Below, piece after piece: positions 8,313 to 18,948 of a DNA stretch of 64,000 nt (positions within the stretch are counted from its first letter, which is position 1; each line of letters begins with the position of its first letter). The stretch lies in contig JAWKSL010000002.1 of assembly GCA_041389085.1 (NCBI GenBank), forward strand, positions 14,556 through 78,555. Reading direction: 5' to 3'. Below the pieces are notes generated by a model, which was given only the letters and a program-made list of their open reading frames with translations, was not told the origin of the DNA and made no database searches. The stretch comes from Minisyncoccota bacterium (GTDB lineage: Bacteria > Patescibacteriota > Minisyncoccia > UBA6257 > 1-14-0-10-44-23). The position numbers and the translations under genes were made by a program.

Positions 8313-10109
8313 ATGAGTAACATTAGGAACTTCTCAATAATTGCCCATATCGATCATGGTAAGTCGACTTTAGCCGATAGAATGCTTGAGCTTACGAAGA
8401 CTGTTGAGGCGCGCAAAATGCAGGCGCAGCTTTTGGATAGTATGGATTTGGAGCGTGAGCGTGGAATTACCATCAAAATGGCTCCGGTCCGCATGGATTT
8501 TGAACACAAGGGCGACAACTTTATACTCAATCTTATCGATACTCCAGGGCACAGCGACTTTGGCTACGAAGTAAGCCGCGCTATGGCTGCTGTTGAGGGA
8601 GCGATTCTCTTAGTAGATGCGACGCAGGGAATACAGGCGCAAACTTTGGCGAACTTTGAAAACGCCAAAAAAGCAGGACTCACTATGATAGGAGTGGTAA
8701 ATAAAGTAGACGTTGCAAGCGAGACTCAGGTTGATAGTGCAATTCTTGACCTTGCAGACCTTCTTGGCCAGGACACAGACGACATAATTAAAGCGAGTGG
8801 AAAGACGGGGCTTGGAGTTATGGAACTTCTTGAGCGTATCGTTGCTGTTGTGCCAGCTCCAAAAGAGCAAGAATTTCCAAAGAAAGCAGGCCGCGCCCTT
8901 ATTTTCGATTCTCAGTACGATGAGCACCGCGGCATCATCGCTTTTGTGCGCGTATTTTCAGGCAGTTTTAATTTGAACGGTGACTACGGGTTTGTGGCTA
9001 CTGGCGCAAAGTTTAAGGCAAAAGATATAGGATATTTGCGCCCTGACTTTGTGACTGCTGAAACTTTGCATAATGGAGAAATAGGGTACATAGCGACTGG
9101 CATAAAAGACCCAGACGCTCTTTCTATCGGAGACACAGTATCTGAGGTGCTTGAGCCTGAAGTTGCTCTTCCTGGCTACAAGCCGATAAAGCCAGTAGTG
9201 TTTGTAAGCTTTTATCCTGAGGATGCGAGCTACTACGACGACTTTGTAAAAGCGCTTTCAAAGCTGCGCCTTTCTGACAGCGCGCTTACTTTCGAGCCAG
9301 ACAAGAGCGAAGTTTTAGGCCGTGGGTTTAAGGGTGGTTTTCTTGGGCGGCTTCACTTTGAAATTGTGAGCGAGCGTATCGAGCGCGAGTTCGATATCGA
9401 AACTATTTCTTCTTTCCCTTCTGTAGCGTATCGCGTGCGCGTAAAGGGAGACGATGATTGGATGGTGGTAAACAATCCAAAAGATTTTCCAGACGAGTAT
9501 CTAGAGGTAGAAGAGCCTATAACTGCCATTGAGGTGCTCACTAAGCCTGAGTACATGGGAGCAATTTTAGGACTTTCTGATTTGTATAGACTCAGCGATA
9601 TAGAAACGGTAAACGTTGGTTTTGATAGAGTGAAAATTTCAGCTAAGCTGCCACTCGCTGACCTTATTTCTGACTTTGATGACAAACTTAAGAGCGTATC
9701 TGCTGGGTTTGGATCTTTGTCTTACGAAGTTGTTGGCTATGCGAAGGGCAAGCTCGATAAGATGGAAATACTGCTTGCTGAAAACGTCGTTCCTGGGCTT
9801 ACGCGCATACTTCCTGTAGAAGACATTCCTTATGAAGCTCGTAAGACTACGGAGAAGCTTAAAGACCTGCTTCCTAAGCTTCAGTTTAAGCAGGCTATTC
9901 AAGCGCGCTACCGCGGGCGCATTATTGCACGCGAAACTTTGCCTGCGCTTAAGAAAGACGTAACCGGATATTTGTATGGAGGAGACAGAACTCGAAAGAT
10001 GAAACTTTGGAAGAAGCAGCAAAGAGGAAAGGAGAAGCTCAAGGAGCGCGGTGTTGGCAGTGGGGTGAGTGTACCAGCCGATGTGTTTAAGGAGCTGCTT
10101 AAAAAGTAG
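8313..10109 (+). CDS. lepA: elongation factor 4
   Basis: IRNFSIIAHIDHGKSTLADR, DTPGH, GFLGRLH, YGGDRTRKMKL. Confidence 0.98.
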   Translation: MSNIRNFSIIAHIDHGKSTLADRMLELTKTVEARKMQAQLLDSMDLERERGITIKMAPVRMDFEHKGDNFILNLIDTPGHSDFGYEVSRAMAAVEGAILLVDATQGIQAQTLANFENAKKAGLTMIGVVNKVDVASETQVDSAILDLADLLGQDTDDIIKASGKTGLGVMELLERIVAVVPAPKEQEFPKKAGRALIFDSQYDEHRGIIAFVRVFSGSFNLNGDYGFVATGAKFKAKDIGYLRPDFVTAETLHNGEIGYIATGIKDPDALSIGDTVSEVLEPEVALPGYKPIKPVVFVSFYPEDASYYDDFVKALSKLRLSDSALTFEPDKSEVLGRGFKGGFLGRLHFEIVSERIEREFDIETISSFPSVAYRVRVKGDDDWMVVNNPKDFPDEYLEVEEPITAIEVLTKPEYMGAILGLSDLYRLSDIETVNVGFDRVKISAKLPLADLISDFDDKLKSVSAGFGSLSYEVVGYAKGKLDKMEILLAENVVPGLTRILPVEDIPYEARKTTEKLKDLLPKLQFKQAIQARYRGRIIARETLPALKKDVTGYLYGGDRTRKMKLWKKQQRGKEKLKERGVGSGVSVPADVFKELLKK

Positions 10110-10120
10110 ACTAGAACCCC

Positions 10121-10203
10121 TCTAGAGTTATCTCTAGAGATAACTCTAGAAGATTGCTACGTAATTTAATAAGCCAACAGTCATGCATGACTGTTGGCTT
10201 ATT
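10121..10203. repeat. two adjacent perfect palindromes (30 bp at 10121-10150; 36 bp at 10168-10203), probable bidirectional terminator region
   Basis: tctagagttatctct/agagataactctaga and aataagccaacagtcatg/catgactgttggcttatt. Confidence 0.85.
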
Positions 10204-10204
10204 C

Positions 10205-10330
10205 GGTTGGGGCGCCTGAGTGCAGCCTCGGTTGCCCCGCAGGTGTCGCACTTCCAGCAGGCGCCGCAGCGTTGCACGGATCTTGCGCCACAGCTCAGGC
10301 GCTTTTTCACGGGTTTTGGTCTTCCGGCAT
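10205..10330 (-). CDS. small Cys-rich zinc-ribbon peptide, apparently frameshifted
   Basis: SD AGAAGGAGG before the ATG at 10330; a shifted frame reads SCGARSVQRCGACWKCDTCGATE; 3' end uncertain. Confidence 0.4.
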
Positions 10331-10348
10331 GATTGCCTCCTTCTGAAT

Positions 10349-10582
10349 CTAGATATACCAGCTTGGCGGGCTCTTTTCAAGCTTAAAAAGCAATTGAGCC
10401 ACTACTGAGAATAGTGGCTCAAGCTGGTGGCTACCCATGGTACCGATGGGCTTCCTTCTTCTGGTGGGGGAGGTAAGGCGTTGCACTTTTCCCCTGACCT
10501 TCTTGTACCTCTTGCGAGCGTCTTGAATGATTCTTTTCACCTTGTCTTTCTTGCGAGGGCGGCGATTTTTCTTCTGTGCCAT
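10349..10582 (-). CDS. small basic hypothetical protein
   Basis: SD AGAAGGAGG upstream; Lys/Arg-rich N-terminus; C-terminal frame uncertain. Confidence 0.5.
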   Translation of the reverse strand: MAQKKNRRPRKKDKVKRIIQDARKRYKKVRGKVQRLTSPTRRRKPIGTMGSHQLEPLFSVVAQLLFKLEKSPPSWYI

Positions 10583-10811
10583 CGGGCCTCCTTCTTTTTC
10601 CTTTATCTATTTACTCTTTGTATTTCAAGTTGTGCTATACTGTGAGTGTAATGAGTACAGCAGTTACTTGCGGGATATCGACAATGTAACTTCTAAACAA
10701 TTTGTGGCAGAGGAGGCGCTCATCGCGCCTTTTCTGTTTTTTTGACTACCTTTTTACAAAGTGGTATTCATATTAGGTACTTCAACTAACCCACTTGAAA
10801 GGAGGTGGTTC

Positions 10812-11384
10812 ATGCTTCGCTTCTGCGATGCTTGTTGCACCCCCAAACGGTGGGTGTTAAAGAGACAGTCTGGTCAACAGACTTGTCGGGATTGCTCCGA
10901 GAAGGCAGTAGCGCCCCCTCCGACAGCAATCTGCTGCCGTTGTGGTGAAAACAAGCCAGTTCATCGCCACACCTGACAATGACAGTGTCAAAGTGCTACC
11001 AACCCCGACAGCGACCTGTTGCCGTTGCGGCGAACAAGGCGGTTGCACGCCACACGCCTGACGGTCCGGAGTGTCAAAAGTGCTGCCAACCCCCGACAGC
11101 GACCTGTTGCCATTGCGGTGAAAACAAACCGGTTGCACGCCACACGCCTGACGGTCGGGTGCAAAAGTGCTACCAGCGTCCGACAGCGACCTGTTGCCGC
11201 TGTGGTGAGAAAAAGCCGGTTCATCGGCGCACGCCAGACGGACCGGAGTGTGCGAGTGTTGCCGGCTAGACTACCAGCGTCCGACAGCGACCTGTTGCCG
11301 CTGTGGTGAAAAGCCGGTTCATCGGCGCGCATGAACGGCCCGGAGTGCAAAAAGTGCTACCAGCGGCTAAGGCGCGCGAGTTAG
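10812..11384 (+). CDS. Cys-rich tandem zinc-ribbon repeat protein (five ~90-bp units), with multiple frameshifts
   Basis: SD AAAGGAGG near 10798; unit PTATCCRCGENKPVxRHTPDGPECxKCYQ starts near 10920, 11004, 11093, 11180 and 11281; terminator at 11385-11421. Confidence 0.7.
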
Positions 11385-11566
11385 CGCACTGGGAAGGTAA
11401 TTCTTGCCAGTGCGTTTTTTTATTGCCGTTTTTTTTGATGATATAATTTTGTTGTGGTGTTGTGCATTCGAAGGGTTATCGTGACGTATACTCATTAAAC
11501 ACAAATTGGCATTGGGTCTATACTACAGTAACCACTTTGAGTGCGTAACTATTCGTGTGGTATATA

Positions 11567-12608
11567 ATGAGGCTATATGGACTTCAGAAGAATGTTTCTT
11601 TAGTTGAATATACTTCTTTTTTAAGGTTGGAGGGCGGGCTGAAAACTTTGCTCTTGTTGAAAACTCGCTTGAGCTTGAGCGAGCGCTTTCTTCATATGCA
11701 GGAATGCTCCGATTACGTTTCTTGGGTATGGAACAAACACACTTATTTCTGACAAAGGGATTGAGGGGCTTGTAGTTATTCGCGAGGCGATGTGAAGCGC
11801 GATGGAAACGTGCTTATGGCCGATGCGGGAGTAGAGTGGGGTAGCTTTAGTAAAGACTTCGATTGAATCGAATTTGTGGGGGATGGAGCTTTTGAGCGGT
11901 ATTCCTGGCAGCGTTGGGGCTGCTATTTTTATAAACATTAGCGCTTACGGCCAGAGTGCTTCTGACACGGTGCTTTGGGTAGACGTTTTTGATAGGAGAG
12001 AAGATTGTGCGTCGGATGATTCGCGAGCATTTGCAGTGGGTTATAAGCAGTCTGTTTTTCAAGCGAAAGAAAAGGGGAATGTAATTCTGCGCGCTGCCTT
12101 CGAGCTTTCTCATGAGAACTACACCGCCGAGTATCAAGGGGCTCTCGATGTTGCCGCTGAGCTTTCTTTAGATACGAATAGTCTTGGTTCTCGAAGAAAT
12201 AATCCTTGAGGCGAGAAGCAGAGCAGGCTCTATATTTGAATATGGTAAAAGATGTCGTACCGCTGGCTCCTTTTTTAGAAACCCGCTTGTCACTGCGGAG
12301 CGAAGCAGAAAAGATTATCCAAGCTGACGAGTCGGGGAAGAGCACAGAGGCAATACGGAAAATGAATGCTGTTCATGGAGAGGGAGTGATCTACGCGTTT
12401 CTGCAGCACGTTATGCTTGCTGCTGGCTTTTCCAGGGGGCAGTGTTTGGCCTGTTTGTTTAAATGAAAAGAATTTGTTGAAGATGAGAATAAGGGCGAGG
12501 CTACAGCGCAGCAAATATACGATACGGCAAAGCAGATTGTGGCTACCTGCCAAGAAAAGCAGGGTGACTCTTGAACCTGAGGCTAGCCTTTTGGGTAAGT
12601 TTGACTAG
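11567..12608 (+). CDS. murB: UDP-N-acetylmuramate dehydrogenase MurB, heavily frameshifted (error or pseudogene)
   Basis: fragments NVSLVEYTSF/KVGG, LGMGTNTLISD, GMELLSGIPGSVGAA, TLEPEA lie in different frames. Confidence 0.75.
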
Positions 12609-12687
12609 GAATTGGTAATTTTCCCTTTGGTGGCTCGTCTTGTATAATAGATAGTAAGAGGTCTATTATTCACCAATTTTGAAAACT

Positions 12688-13026
12688 ATGAAGCTAAACA
12701 TAAAGGCTACTGATTTGGAACTAAATGATGCGATGCGAACTTATATCGATGAGAAAATTGCATCGATCTCAAAATGGGTGAAACGCTACGACGGAGGGAA
12801 CGATTTGCTTTTAAACTTAGAGATAGCTCGCACTACTAAGCACCACCACAAGGGCGATGTGTTCTATGCAGAGGCTACCTTGCAGCTTCCTGACCGCGTT
12901 TTAAGGGCTGAGGTGACCGACTCTGATGTGAAGAAGGCACTTTTAAAAGTGCGTAGCATGCTCAAGCGCGATTTGCGTAAATACAAAACTGCGCGTATTT
13001 TCAAGATACGAAGGAAGGGGCGATAA
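12688..13026 (+). CDS. hpf: ribosome hibernation factor (HPF/RaiA)
   Basis: MKLNIKATDLEL, HHHKGDVFYAEATL. Confidence 0.9.
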   Translation: MKLNIKATDLELNDAMRTYIDEKIASISKWVKRYDGGNDLLLNLEIARTTKHHHKGDVFYAEATLQLPDRVLRAEVTDSDVKKALLKVRSMLKRDLRKYKTARIFKIRRKGR

Positions 13027-13053
13027 AGAAGCCTGCCTTCCAACGGCTAATTT

Positions 13054-15426
13054 ATGTTGAACTTATTTAAGAAGAATTCTGGCTCTGCACAAATTCCGAG
13101 CCAGTTTAAACGATTTGTAGAACGAGTAAATGCACTCGAACCTGAAATATCTGCTCTCTCTGATGAGCAGCTTTTTGCTTCAACAGAAGCTTTCCGAAAG
13201 GAGCTTGCTGAGGGGAAGACTTTAGACAGTATACGAGACAGGGCCTTTGCGGTTGTGCGTGAGGTGGCAAAGCGTAGCCTTTCTCAGCGACACTTCGATG
13301 TGCAGCTTGTTGGAGGCGCGGTACTTGCTGATGGCGCTATCGCTGAAATGCGTACCGGAGAAGGAAAGACTTTGATGAGCACCCTGGCTATTTATCTTGC
13401 AGCGCTTGAAGGTAAGGGAGTGCACGTAGTTACGGTAAACGAATACCTGGCAAAGCGTGACACAGCCTGGATGGGCGAGATTTACCAGAAACTTGGGCTG
13501 AGCGTAAGTTGTTTGGTCCACGGAGGGGCTCTCCAGTTTGATCCTGCCTTTAAGGCAAGCGAGCAGGAGCAGCTTGCTATCGATGCGCAGCATGACTTGA
13601 CTGGTAGCTTTAAAATTCAGGAAGACTTTATGAAGCCAGTATCTCGTAAAGAGGCATACAACTGTGACATTACTCACGGCACAAACCATGAGTTTGGCTT
13701 TGACTACCTGCGCGACAACCTTGCAGTGAGTGTTGAAGCTCAAGTGCAGCGCGGTCAGCACTTTGCCGTAATAGACGAGGTAGACAGCATCCTTATCGAC
13801 GAGGCGCGCACGCCACTTATTATTTCTGCTCCAGACACAAAGAGCAGCGATCTATACAAAACATTTTCAAAAGTGGTTTCACGTTTGATTAAAGGAGAAG
13901 ACTACGAAGTAGATGAAAAGCTTCGCGCTGTTTCTATAACCGAGTCTGGAATTGCAAAGGTAGAGAAGGCGCTTGGTATAACCAACCTATATGAAGGACA
14001 GAACCTTACTTTGACTCACTACCTGCAAGAGTCGCTTAAAGCGCACGGAGTGTTTGAGCGCGACCGAGAATATGTAGTTCGCGATGGAGCTATCGTTATT
14101 GTCGACCAGTTTACTGGGCGTATGATGCCAGGGCGCCGATACTCTGGAGGGCTTCACCAGGCTATCGAAGCAAAAGAGGGGGTAGTAGTACAACAGGAAA
14201 GTAAGACATATGCCAGCGTTTCAATTCAGAACTATTTCCGCCTTTATACAAAGATTGCTGGTATGACAGGGACTGCTCAGACAAGCGCTGAAGAGTTTCA
14301 TAAAGTATACGGACTTGAGGTAGTGAGCATTCCAACAAACAAGCCAGTAGCTCGCGACGACAAGGGAGACGCTGTTTACAAGAGCATTGACGCAAAATAT
14401 AAGGCGATTGCTGCTGAGGTAAAGGAGCGAAGCGAAAAGGGGCAGCCGGTGCTTATCGGTACTGTTTCTATCGATAAAAATGAGCAGCTTTCTAGTTACC
14501 TAAGCCGTGCTGGTGTAGTGCACGAAGTTTTGAATGCGAAAAACAATGAAAAAGAAGGAGAAATTGTAGCTCAGGCTGGAAGAAAGGGTGCAGTAACAGT
14601 AGCTACCAATATGGCAGGGCGAGGAGTGGACATTAAGCTTGGAGGAAACCCAGGAACAAAGGAACTTTATGAAGAGGTGAAGGGGCTTGGAGGGCTCCAC
14701 GTTATCGGTACTGAGCGACACGAGAGTAGGCGTATAGACAACCAGCTTCGTGGACGCAGTGGCCGTCAGGGCGACCCAGGATCAAGCCAATTCTTCCTTT
14801 CAATGGAAGACGACCTTATGCGTATCTTCGGTGGTGGGCGTATGCAGTCGCTTATGGAGAAGCTTAACTTGCCAGACGATCAGCCTATTCAGGCTAAGAT
14901 GCTTTCTCGCGCTATAGAAAGTGCACAGACACGCGTAGAGGGGCACCACTTCGATTCTCGTAAACATCTTCTTGAGTACGACGATGTGCTCAACAATCAG
15001 CGCCTTGCTATCTACAAGAAGAGGCAGGAGCTTTTAGAGACTAAGGCTCCACTTCCTGTGCTTGGAACGCTCGACACATTCTGGATGGAGCACCTTGAGC
15101 AAATGGAGGCTTTGCGCGAAAGCGTGCGTCTTCGTGCTGTTGGTCAAAAAGATCCACTTGTTGAATACCGACGTGATGGACAGCAAATGTTCCACCAACT
15201 TGTTGAGGACTTCGACGGTTGGTATGCAGTAAATGCAGACAAATTTAAAAAGGCTGAAGGGGAGGCTCCGGCTGCTGCTATCGAAACTGAAAAGCTCGAA
15301 TTTAAGCATGAAGGCGGTATGCACGGCGGTTCCGAAAAGCCAGCAGATGGTGGCGATAAAGTAGGGCGCAACGATCCATGCCCATGTGGAAGTGGGAAGA
15401 AATATAAGAAGTGTCATGGAGCATAG
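13054..15426 (+). CDS. secA: preprotein translocase SecA
   Basis: [45 protein letters not shown]. Confidence 0.98.
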   Translation: MLNLFKKNSGSAQIPSQFKRFVERVNALEPEISALSDEQLFASTEAFRKELAEGKTLDSIRDRAFAVVREVAKRSLSQRHFDVQLVGGAVLADGAIAEMRTGEGKTLMSTLAIYLAALEGKGVHVVTVNEYLAKRDTAWMGEIYQKLGLSVSCLVHGGALQFDPAFKASEQEQLAIDAQHDLTGSFKIQEDFMKPVSRKEAYNCDITHGTNHEFGFDYLRDNLAVSVEAQVQRGQHFAVIDEVDSILIDEARTPLIISAPDTKSSDLYKTFSKVVSRLIKGEDYEVDEKLRAVSITESGIAKVEKALGITNLYEGQNLTLTHYLQESLKAHGVFERDREYVVRDGAIVIVDQFTGRMMPGRRYSGGLHQAIEAKEGVVVQQESKTYASVSIQNYFRLYTKIAGMTGTAQTSAEEFHKVYGLEVVSIPTNKPVARDDKGDAVYKSIDAKYKAIAAEVKERSEKGQPVLIGTVSIDKNEQLSSYLSRAGVVHEVLNAKNNEKEGEIVAQAGRKGAVTVATNMAGRGVDIKLGGNPGTKELYEEVKGLGGLHVIGTERHESRRIDNQLRGRSGRQGDPGSSQFFLSMEDDLMRIFGGGRMQSLMEKLNLPDDQPIQAKMLSRAIESAQTRVEGHHFDSRKHLLEYDDVLNNQRLAIYKKRQELLETKAPLPVLGTLDTFWMEHLEQMEALRESVRLRAVGQKDPLVEYRRDGQQMFHQLVEDFDGWYAVNADKFKKAEGEAPAAAIETEKLEFKHEGGMHGGSEKPADGGDKVGRNDPCPCGSGKKYKKCHGA

Positions 15427-15436
15427 CTCTTTGGAC

Positions 15437-15598
15437 ATGAAGAAGTTCAAGATCAAAAATAGGTCTGTTGAGAAACTTCACCATTTTCGCTGTCAAGATT
15501 GCAATAAGTGGTGGACGGTAAATGATGCTCCGGCTTCAAAAAAGAGCTGGTTTTGCCCTTGGTGTGGGGCTAATCGTAGCTATAAGGTTGAAAAATAG
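15437..15598 (+). CDS. small zinc-finger protein (53 aa)
   Basis: HFRCQDCNKWW...FCPWCG. Confidence 0.7.
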   Translation: MKKFKIKNRSVEKLHHFRCQDCNKWWTVNDAPASKKSWFCPWCGANRSYKVEK

Positions 15599-15640
15599 GC
15601 CTGTGCTACACTAGCAGTAAGTACAAGTAAGACTACTACT

Positions 15641-16033
15641 ATGGAAATACTATTTCTTATTGGGCGAATAATTTTGGGAGGGTTTTTTATTAAAAATGGT
15701 ATAGACCACTTTGGTAAGTTTGAGAAGAAAGTGGGCTATGCGCGCGTGCGCAACTTGCCGCTTCCGGTGCTTTCAGTAGCTGCCTCAGGGGTAGTTCTTC
15801 TTCTTTCTGGGATTGGCATTGTGCTCGGTGTATATACCTCGCTTGCTATCAGCGCGATGATAGCGCTTCTACTCTTGATTGCATTTCTTCTTCACCCATT
15901 TTGGCGCATGAGCGGAAGTGAGAGAGTAGGTGAATACCACTCATTTATGAACGTTATGGCTATCGTTGGAGCACTCCTCATGGTGCTTTACATGAGTGCT
16001 GGGCTTTACTGGCCATACGTAGTTAACCTCTAG
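15641..16033 (+). CDS. DoxX family membrane protein
   Basis: LIGRIILGGFF...GIDHF, HPFW. Confidence 0.85.
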   Translation: MEILFLIGRIILGGFFIKNGIDHFGKFEKKVGYARVRNLPLPVLSVAASGVVLLLSGIGIVLGVYTSLAISAMIALLLLIAFLLHPFWRMSGSERVGEYHSFMNVMAIVGALLMVLYMSAGLYWPYVVNL

Positions 16034-16037
16034 GTCT

Positions 16038-16247
16038 ATGGAGCGAACACGAGTAAAATCTTCAGACATCGCCAGCGTTGGCTACGACAAGGAAGCGCGC
16101 ATTCTTGAAGTTGAGTTTGTGCGTGGAAGCGTATACCAGTATGTAAATGTTGGTGAAAATGTTTACAACGAACTTATGGGTGCTGACTCTGCTGGCAACT
16201 ACTTCAATACCCACATCCGCGACCAGTATCAGAATACGAAAGTATAA
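16038..16247 (+). CDS. KTSC domain protein
   Basis: VKSSDIASVGYD...LEVEF...YQY...SAGNYFNTHIR. Confidence 0.92.
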   Translation: MERTRVKSSDIASVGYDKEARILEVEFVRGSVYQYVNVGENVYNELMGADSAGNYFNTHIRDQYQNTKV

Positions 16248-16723
16248 TGAGTCCAGGACTTTACTACAGCAGGCCGCGAAAGCTCGTAGGTGTTTCTGTT
16301 ATTTTCCGAAATGGCAAAGGGGATTTTTTGATTGCAAAGCCGACATACCGAGAGGATTGGCTTTTTATTGGTGGGATTGTTGATGAAGAAGAGTCGCCCT
16401 TTGCAGCTGCTCTGCGGGAAGTAAAAGAGGAGATAGGGCTCGAATTCTCTTCACTTCCTTTGCTTTCAATTTGCCACGCCTCTGGCGATGAGCTTGTGCC
16501 TGACCACCTAAAGTTTTCTTTTGATGGAGGAGTGCTTACCGATGAGCAGATAAACTCAATCGTCTTACAAGAGAGTGAGCTTTCGGAGTATAAGTTTTTG
16601 CCGCTTGAGAAACTTGAGGGCTTAGTTACTCAAAGAAGTTTTGAGGTTGCTCAGCTTGCTCTCAAGAGCCAAGAAACTGGCAAGGCTTATTTTCTTGATT
16701 CGAGTGGAGTTGTGGAAATTTAA
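16247..16723 (+). CDS. NUDIX hydrolase
   Basis: Nudix box GGIVDEEESPFAAALREVKEEIG. Confidence 0.92.
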   Translation: MSPGLYYSRPRKLVGVSVIFRNGKGDFLIAKPTYREDWLFIGGIVDEEESPFAAALREVKEEIGLEFSSLPLLSICHASGDELVPDHLKFSFDGGVLTDEQINSIVLQESELSEYKFLPLEKLEGLVTQRSFEVAQLALKSQETGKAYFLDSSGVVEI

Positions 16724-16765
16724 ATAAAACAAAAAAGGCCCTTAGGGCCTTTTTTGTTTTGTAAG

Positions 16766-17035
16766 CTATTCAGCTTGGGTGGTAGTCTCTGCTCCTTCGT
16801 CTGCTGGAAGGGTAAGGTCGATGTTTACATCGCTCTCTTCTTCCATCATTGTTTCGTCTTCCTCCATGGCTTCATCTTTGTCGCCGCTGAAGTAGAAGTA
16901 GAGTCCACCTACTACAAGGATCAGAATAAGGATTACCATCCACATCTTTCCCTTTCCACCTTCGTGGTGCATATCTCCGTTCATTGGAGTCTGCTGTGGG
17001 GCTTGCTGTGGAGCCTGTTGGTTTTGATCTTCCAT
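16766..17035 (-). CDS. small single-TM hypothetical protein
   Basis: one hydrophobic helix flanked by Gln-rich and acidic segments; bidirectional terminator at 16731-16755. Confidence 0.7.
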   Translation of the reverse strand: MEDQNQQAPQQAPQQTPMNGDMHHEGGKGKMWMVILILILVVGGLYFYFSGDKDEAMEEDETMMEEESDVNIDLTLPADEGAETTTQAE

Positions 17036-17070
17036 AGGTTTGTCTTATTTGTAATGCCTTTATTCTAGCA

Positions 17071-17559
17071 CTATTGGCTTAAAGGCGCGACCGTTGTTCT
17101 CAGGGTTTGAGTCCCTGCTTGAGCAGGGTCTGGAGTGTCTTTTGAAAGGGTTATTTCTATCTCTACGGCATATATAGAGCCCTGACTTAACTCATTGAAG
17201 TTTAGGCTGTCTACTATAGTTTCTTCGCTATGGATACGCTCGGGTGTTTCCTCGCTATCCTTGCGAGTTAGCACGCCGTTGGTAAGCAGGTAGCCTACAT
17301 CAGTGTTTATTCCTGTGATGGTGAGTGAGCTTGTACCGACGTTGATACTGCTTGCCTGACGAATGTCGGTTTTAAGTGAGTTCATAATAAAGAGGAGCTC
17401 TCTATTTACTTCGGTGCTGGCTCTTTGCTGGCTCTCTACGCGGACTATAGTCATCAGTACGGCAGCAAGGAGGCCAAGGAGTACAACGAAGATGCCGAGG
17501 TATACAATGAGCTCTATGAGGGTGAGCCCGGCGGTCTTTGAAAGGCGGTTTTTAGCCAT
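17071..17559 (-). CDS. prepilin-type N-terminal cleavage/methylation protein (minor pilin)
   Basis: class III signal G|LTLIELIVYLGI. Confidence 0.88.
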   Translation of the reverse strand: MAKNRLSKTAGLTLIELIVYLGIFVVLLGLLAAVLMTIVRVESQQRASTEVNRELLFIMNSLKTDIRQASSINVGTSSLTITGINTDVGYLLTNGVLTRKDSEETPERIHSEETIVDSLNFNELSQGSIYAVEIEITLSKDTPDPAQAGTQTLRTTVAPLSQ

Positions 17560-17675
17560 ATTCTATATTGTAGCAAAGAGTCTGGACAAAATTGGCATAT
17601 CTTGTATACTTGTGGGCAAGTCAATATTTGGGCTAGTCAGATAGGCATCTGGCTAGGCTCTATTTTATTCAAAAC

Positions 17676-18377
17676 ATGACAACAGAAACAAAGAACAGTG
17701 TGAAAGTAGACGAAGTGCTTCTGGAGCAAATGGCTCAGGAAGGGCTCGTTTTTGGTCGTCGTAAGGCTCGTACCAACCCAAAGATGAAGGGATACATCTT
17801 CGCAACTCGCGCTGGATTCGAATTTTTCGATCTTGAAAAGACCGCTACAAAGCTTGAAGAGGCAAAGACTTTCCTCGCTTCTGTAGCAAAGACTGGCAAA
17901 CCAATCCTTTTCGTAGGAAGCACTCCAGCTGCTGCGGCTGCTGTAAAGGCTACTGCTGAAAAGTTTAAGGCTCCATTTGTAGTTCACCGATGGCTTGGAG
18001 GAACTCTTACCAACTTCGACACTATTCAGACTCGTCTTAAGTACTACCTAACGCTTAAGGCTGACAAAGCTTCAGGGCGTCTTGATAAGTACACTAAAAA
18101 GGAGCGAACTCAGTTTGATAAGGAGCTTGAGAGACTTTCAACTCTCTTTGGAGGCCTTGAAGGACTTAACTCAATGCCAGGAGCTGTTGTAGTAATGAAC
18201 GCAAAGGCTCACGACATCGCAGTAAAGGAAGCTGTCATCGCAGGAGTTCCTGTAGTAGCTTTGGTAAACACCGACACCAACCCAGCTGGAATTGATTACG
18301 TAATTCCAGGAAACGACAACTCAGTTGCAAGTATTGGTTGGGTAATGAAGCAGCTTGAAGGAGCTATTAGTAAGTAA
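17676..18377 (+). CDS. rpsB: 30S ribosomal protein S2
   Basis: TNPKMKGYIF, RWLGGTLTNF, DTNP...IPGND. Confidence 0.97.
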   Translation: MTTETKNSVKVDEVLLEQMAQEGLVFGRRKARTNPKMKGYIFATRAGFEFFDLEKTATKLEEAKTFLASVAKTGKPILFVGSTPAAAAAVKATAEKFKAPFVVHRWLGGTLTNFDTIQTRLKYYLTLKADKASGRLDKYTKKERTQFDKELERLSTLFGGLEGLNSMPGAVVVMNAKAHDIAVKEAVIAGVPVVALVNTDTNPAGIDYVIPGNDNSVASIGWVMKQLEGAISK

Positions 18378-18486
18378 GTTTAGAGAAGATAAATTTGAAT
18401 CGTCGCTAAAGCGACGTACCCGTTTATGAGATGATTTTCATCTCATAAACCTAAAGGTTCATAAACGAAAATCATACAAACGAGCA

Positions 18487-18936
18487 ATGTCAGCATCAGC
18501 ACAAGACGTAGCAAAGCTACGAGAGCAAACTGGAGCAGGAATCATGGTTTGTAAAGAAGCGCTTTCTGAGGCAGGAGGTGACTTTGATAAAGCACTTGAA
18601 ATAATTAAGGCAAAGGGAATAGCGAAGGCAGATAAGAAGAGCGACCGCGAAGCGGGAGCTGGATATCTTGAAAGCTACATTCACCAAGGACGAGTAGGTG
18701 TTCTTTTGCAGGTAAATGCTGAAACTGACTTTGTAATCAGAAACCAAGACTTCCAGGACATGGCGAAGAACCTTACTCTTCACATCAGCGCTATGCTTCC
18801 TGAAACTGTTGAAGACCTTTTGGCGCAGCAGTATGTAAAAGACCCAAGTCTGACCGTACAAGAGTACGTAAAGAGCGTGATCGCAAAGGTGGGGGAGAAC
18901 ATAACTATCGTAAAGTTCACCCACTACAGCGTGTAG
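18487..18936 (+). CDS. tsf: elongation factor Ts, short form
   Basis: LREQTGAGIMVCKEAL, NAETDFV. Confidence 0.95.
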   Translation: MSASAQDVAKLREQTGAGIMVCKEALSEAGGDFDKALEIIKAKGIAKADKKSDREAGAGYLESYIHQGRVGVLLQVNAETDFVIRNQDFQDMAKNLTLHISAMLPETVEDLLAQQYVKDPSLTVQEYVKSVIAKVGENITIVKFTHYSV

Positions 18937-18948
18937 CGCCTGCTATTT

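Noticed and set aside
10920-11365. CRISPR array
   Set aside because: The ~90-bp units are similar along their whole length and encode a peptide repeat; no unique spacers and no cas genes.
11567-12608. murB, parB, topA, the YdeI-like, MFS, adaptor and surface-protein genes as true pseudogenes or programmed frameshifts
   Set aside because: The breaks are mostly 1-nt indels, often in homopolymers, and hit essential genes, which points to sequencing/assembly error. This cannot be settled without reads.
18402-18450. Hairpins between rpsB and tsf as a separate ncRNA
   Set aside because: Short, with no promoter of their own; more simply intergenic palindromic inserts (gtcgc...gcgac also occurs near 60258).
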